Origin: Octopus sinensis
Lineage: Eukaryota
Direction of reading: 5' to 3'
DNA length: 64,000 nt
Assembly (NCBI RefSeq): GCF_006345805.1
Contig: NC_043015.1
Span: forward strand, 17,918,001-17,982,000
Numbering within the stretch: position 1 is the first letter of the stretch; each line of letters opens with the position of its first letter. Both the position numbers and the translations under genes were made by a program. The notes under the pieces are model-generated. The model made no database searches. It worked only from the letters and a program-made list of their open reading frames with translations, and was not told the DNA's origin. This document shows, piece by piece, positions 62,660 to 64,000 of the stretch.

Positions 62660-63570
62660 AATAGTATTTTATAAGCTTAAAGCTTATAGCGATCACCACG
62701 CAATGACTAAAGAAAATAGTCTAATAATGGGGCATATAAGCTCTCAACAGAAAAAAGTAGGTTTCCCCGTATGCGTGGGACGTGAACCCATATCCCTTAG
62801 TTTATGTGACGAAGTGTTACCGATTACACTATTGAACTAACCTGCTTTCTCCTGTCAAATTTAAGAACTATATTAGTTCATGGTTGTTTTTGTAAACAAA
62901 TTTTCATAAGCGATCAAAATGCAATGGCTAAGGAAAATAGTCTAATAATGGGGCATTTAAGCCCTCAAGAGAAATTCTTAAATTTCACAGGAAAAAGCCC
63001 TCGACAGAAGTTCTTAAATTTCACAGGAAAAAGCAGGTTAGTTCACTGGTGTAATTGATAAGACACTTAGTTGTGTAAACAAAGGGATGTGGGTTCGAGT
63101 CCCACCTGTACAGGAAAACCTACTTTTTCTGTCAAGGGCTTATGTGCCCCATTATAAAACTAATTTCCTTAGTCACTGCACGGTGATCATTATAAGCTTT
63201 AAGCTTATAAAATACTATTATTATTTACAGAATTGACACTGCTTAACAAAACCAAGCACATGAAAGCTTGCTTACAAAAGCAATTACAAACTAATGTAGT
63301 TCTTAAATTTGACGGGGAAAAGCAGCTTAGTTTGCTGGTGTAATTAGTAACACCGGTAGCACATTTAGTCACATAAGCAAAGGGATGTGGGTCTGAGTCC
63401 CATGCATACAGAAAATCTACTTTTTCTGTTGAGGGCTTATATGCACCAGCATTAGACTATTTTCCTCAGTCATTGTGTGGTGATCGCTATAAGCTTTAAG
63501 CTTATAAAATACTATCATTATTATTTACAGAATTGTAAATTGTAAAACTTGACACTGCTTAACAAAACCA
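62660..63570. mobile_element. Head-to-head plus tandem array of a ~289-bp unit containing a tRNA-like core
   Basis: Minus unit at 62660-62870, partial minus unit at 62910-62975, plus units starting at 63009 and 63298. T-arm GTGGG-TTCGAGT-CCCAC at 63089-63105; internal palindrome tataagctttaagcttata. Confidence 0.8.
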
Positions 63571-64000
63571 TTCACAGCGAAAGTACATAAAAGTTTGTTT
63601 TTATATATATATATATATATTGTTGTATTTCGGGATGGTCTTTTTTTTTTTGCCAAATAAACACACACACATTATACATTTGTTCTTCATTTGTTTATTA
63701 TTGTTCTTATTTTAAATTTTGTCCATTGTCTGGAAATCTTATGTCACACATCTGTGACCTCTTTGCAGATGTGTGATAAAAGATTTCCAGACAATGGACA
63801 TGATTTAAAATAAAAAGAAAAACATAAGAACAGTAATAAATGAGTGAAGAACAAATATATAGTGCTTGTGATTATTTGGCAAAAAAAAACGAAAAAAAAA
63901 CGACCATCCTGAAGTACAACAATATCTGTTTCAACACATGATTTCACATTAGGAATCTTGCAACACAAACTGATAAATGCTGATGTATATCATCATCATC

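Noticed and set aside
63425-63460. CTGTTGA-GGGC...hairpin as a hammerhead in the 289-bp unit
   Set aside because: No GAAA or NUH follows in any of the copies.

Overview
Eukaryotic, AT-rich, repeat-dense genomic DNA. The SINE/LINE landscape looks like a coleoid cephalopod (Octopus-like); this is recalled from memory and not verified. The only recognisable host gene is a WTAP/fl(2)d homologue (m6A writer adaptor) on the minus strand. Its last two coding exons lie at 14928-15082 and 576-1768, and I found no upstream exon in the remaining ~49 kb, so most of the window is probably WTAP intron. That intron holds RTE, Tx1, R4/Dong, CR1-like and Penelope-like retroelements, three Tc1/mariner elements, tRNA-derived SINEs and microsatellites. 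The most interesting signal is a family of ~355-nt partially tandem, 5'-inverted (fold-back) non-coding elements carrying a minimal type I hammerhead-ribozyme motif, with compensatory changes between copies (30.2-32.8 kb, 46.5-47.1 kb, possibly 9.5-9.9 kb). One copy is interrupted just before the catalytic core by an RT-less Tx1 derivative. Also notable are Penelope terminal repeats coupling a tRNA-like Pol III promoter to a hammerhead-like motif, tRNA-like cores inside fold-back or tandem elements, and an apparently perfect 279-bp inverted duplication. All alignments and folds were done by eye.
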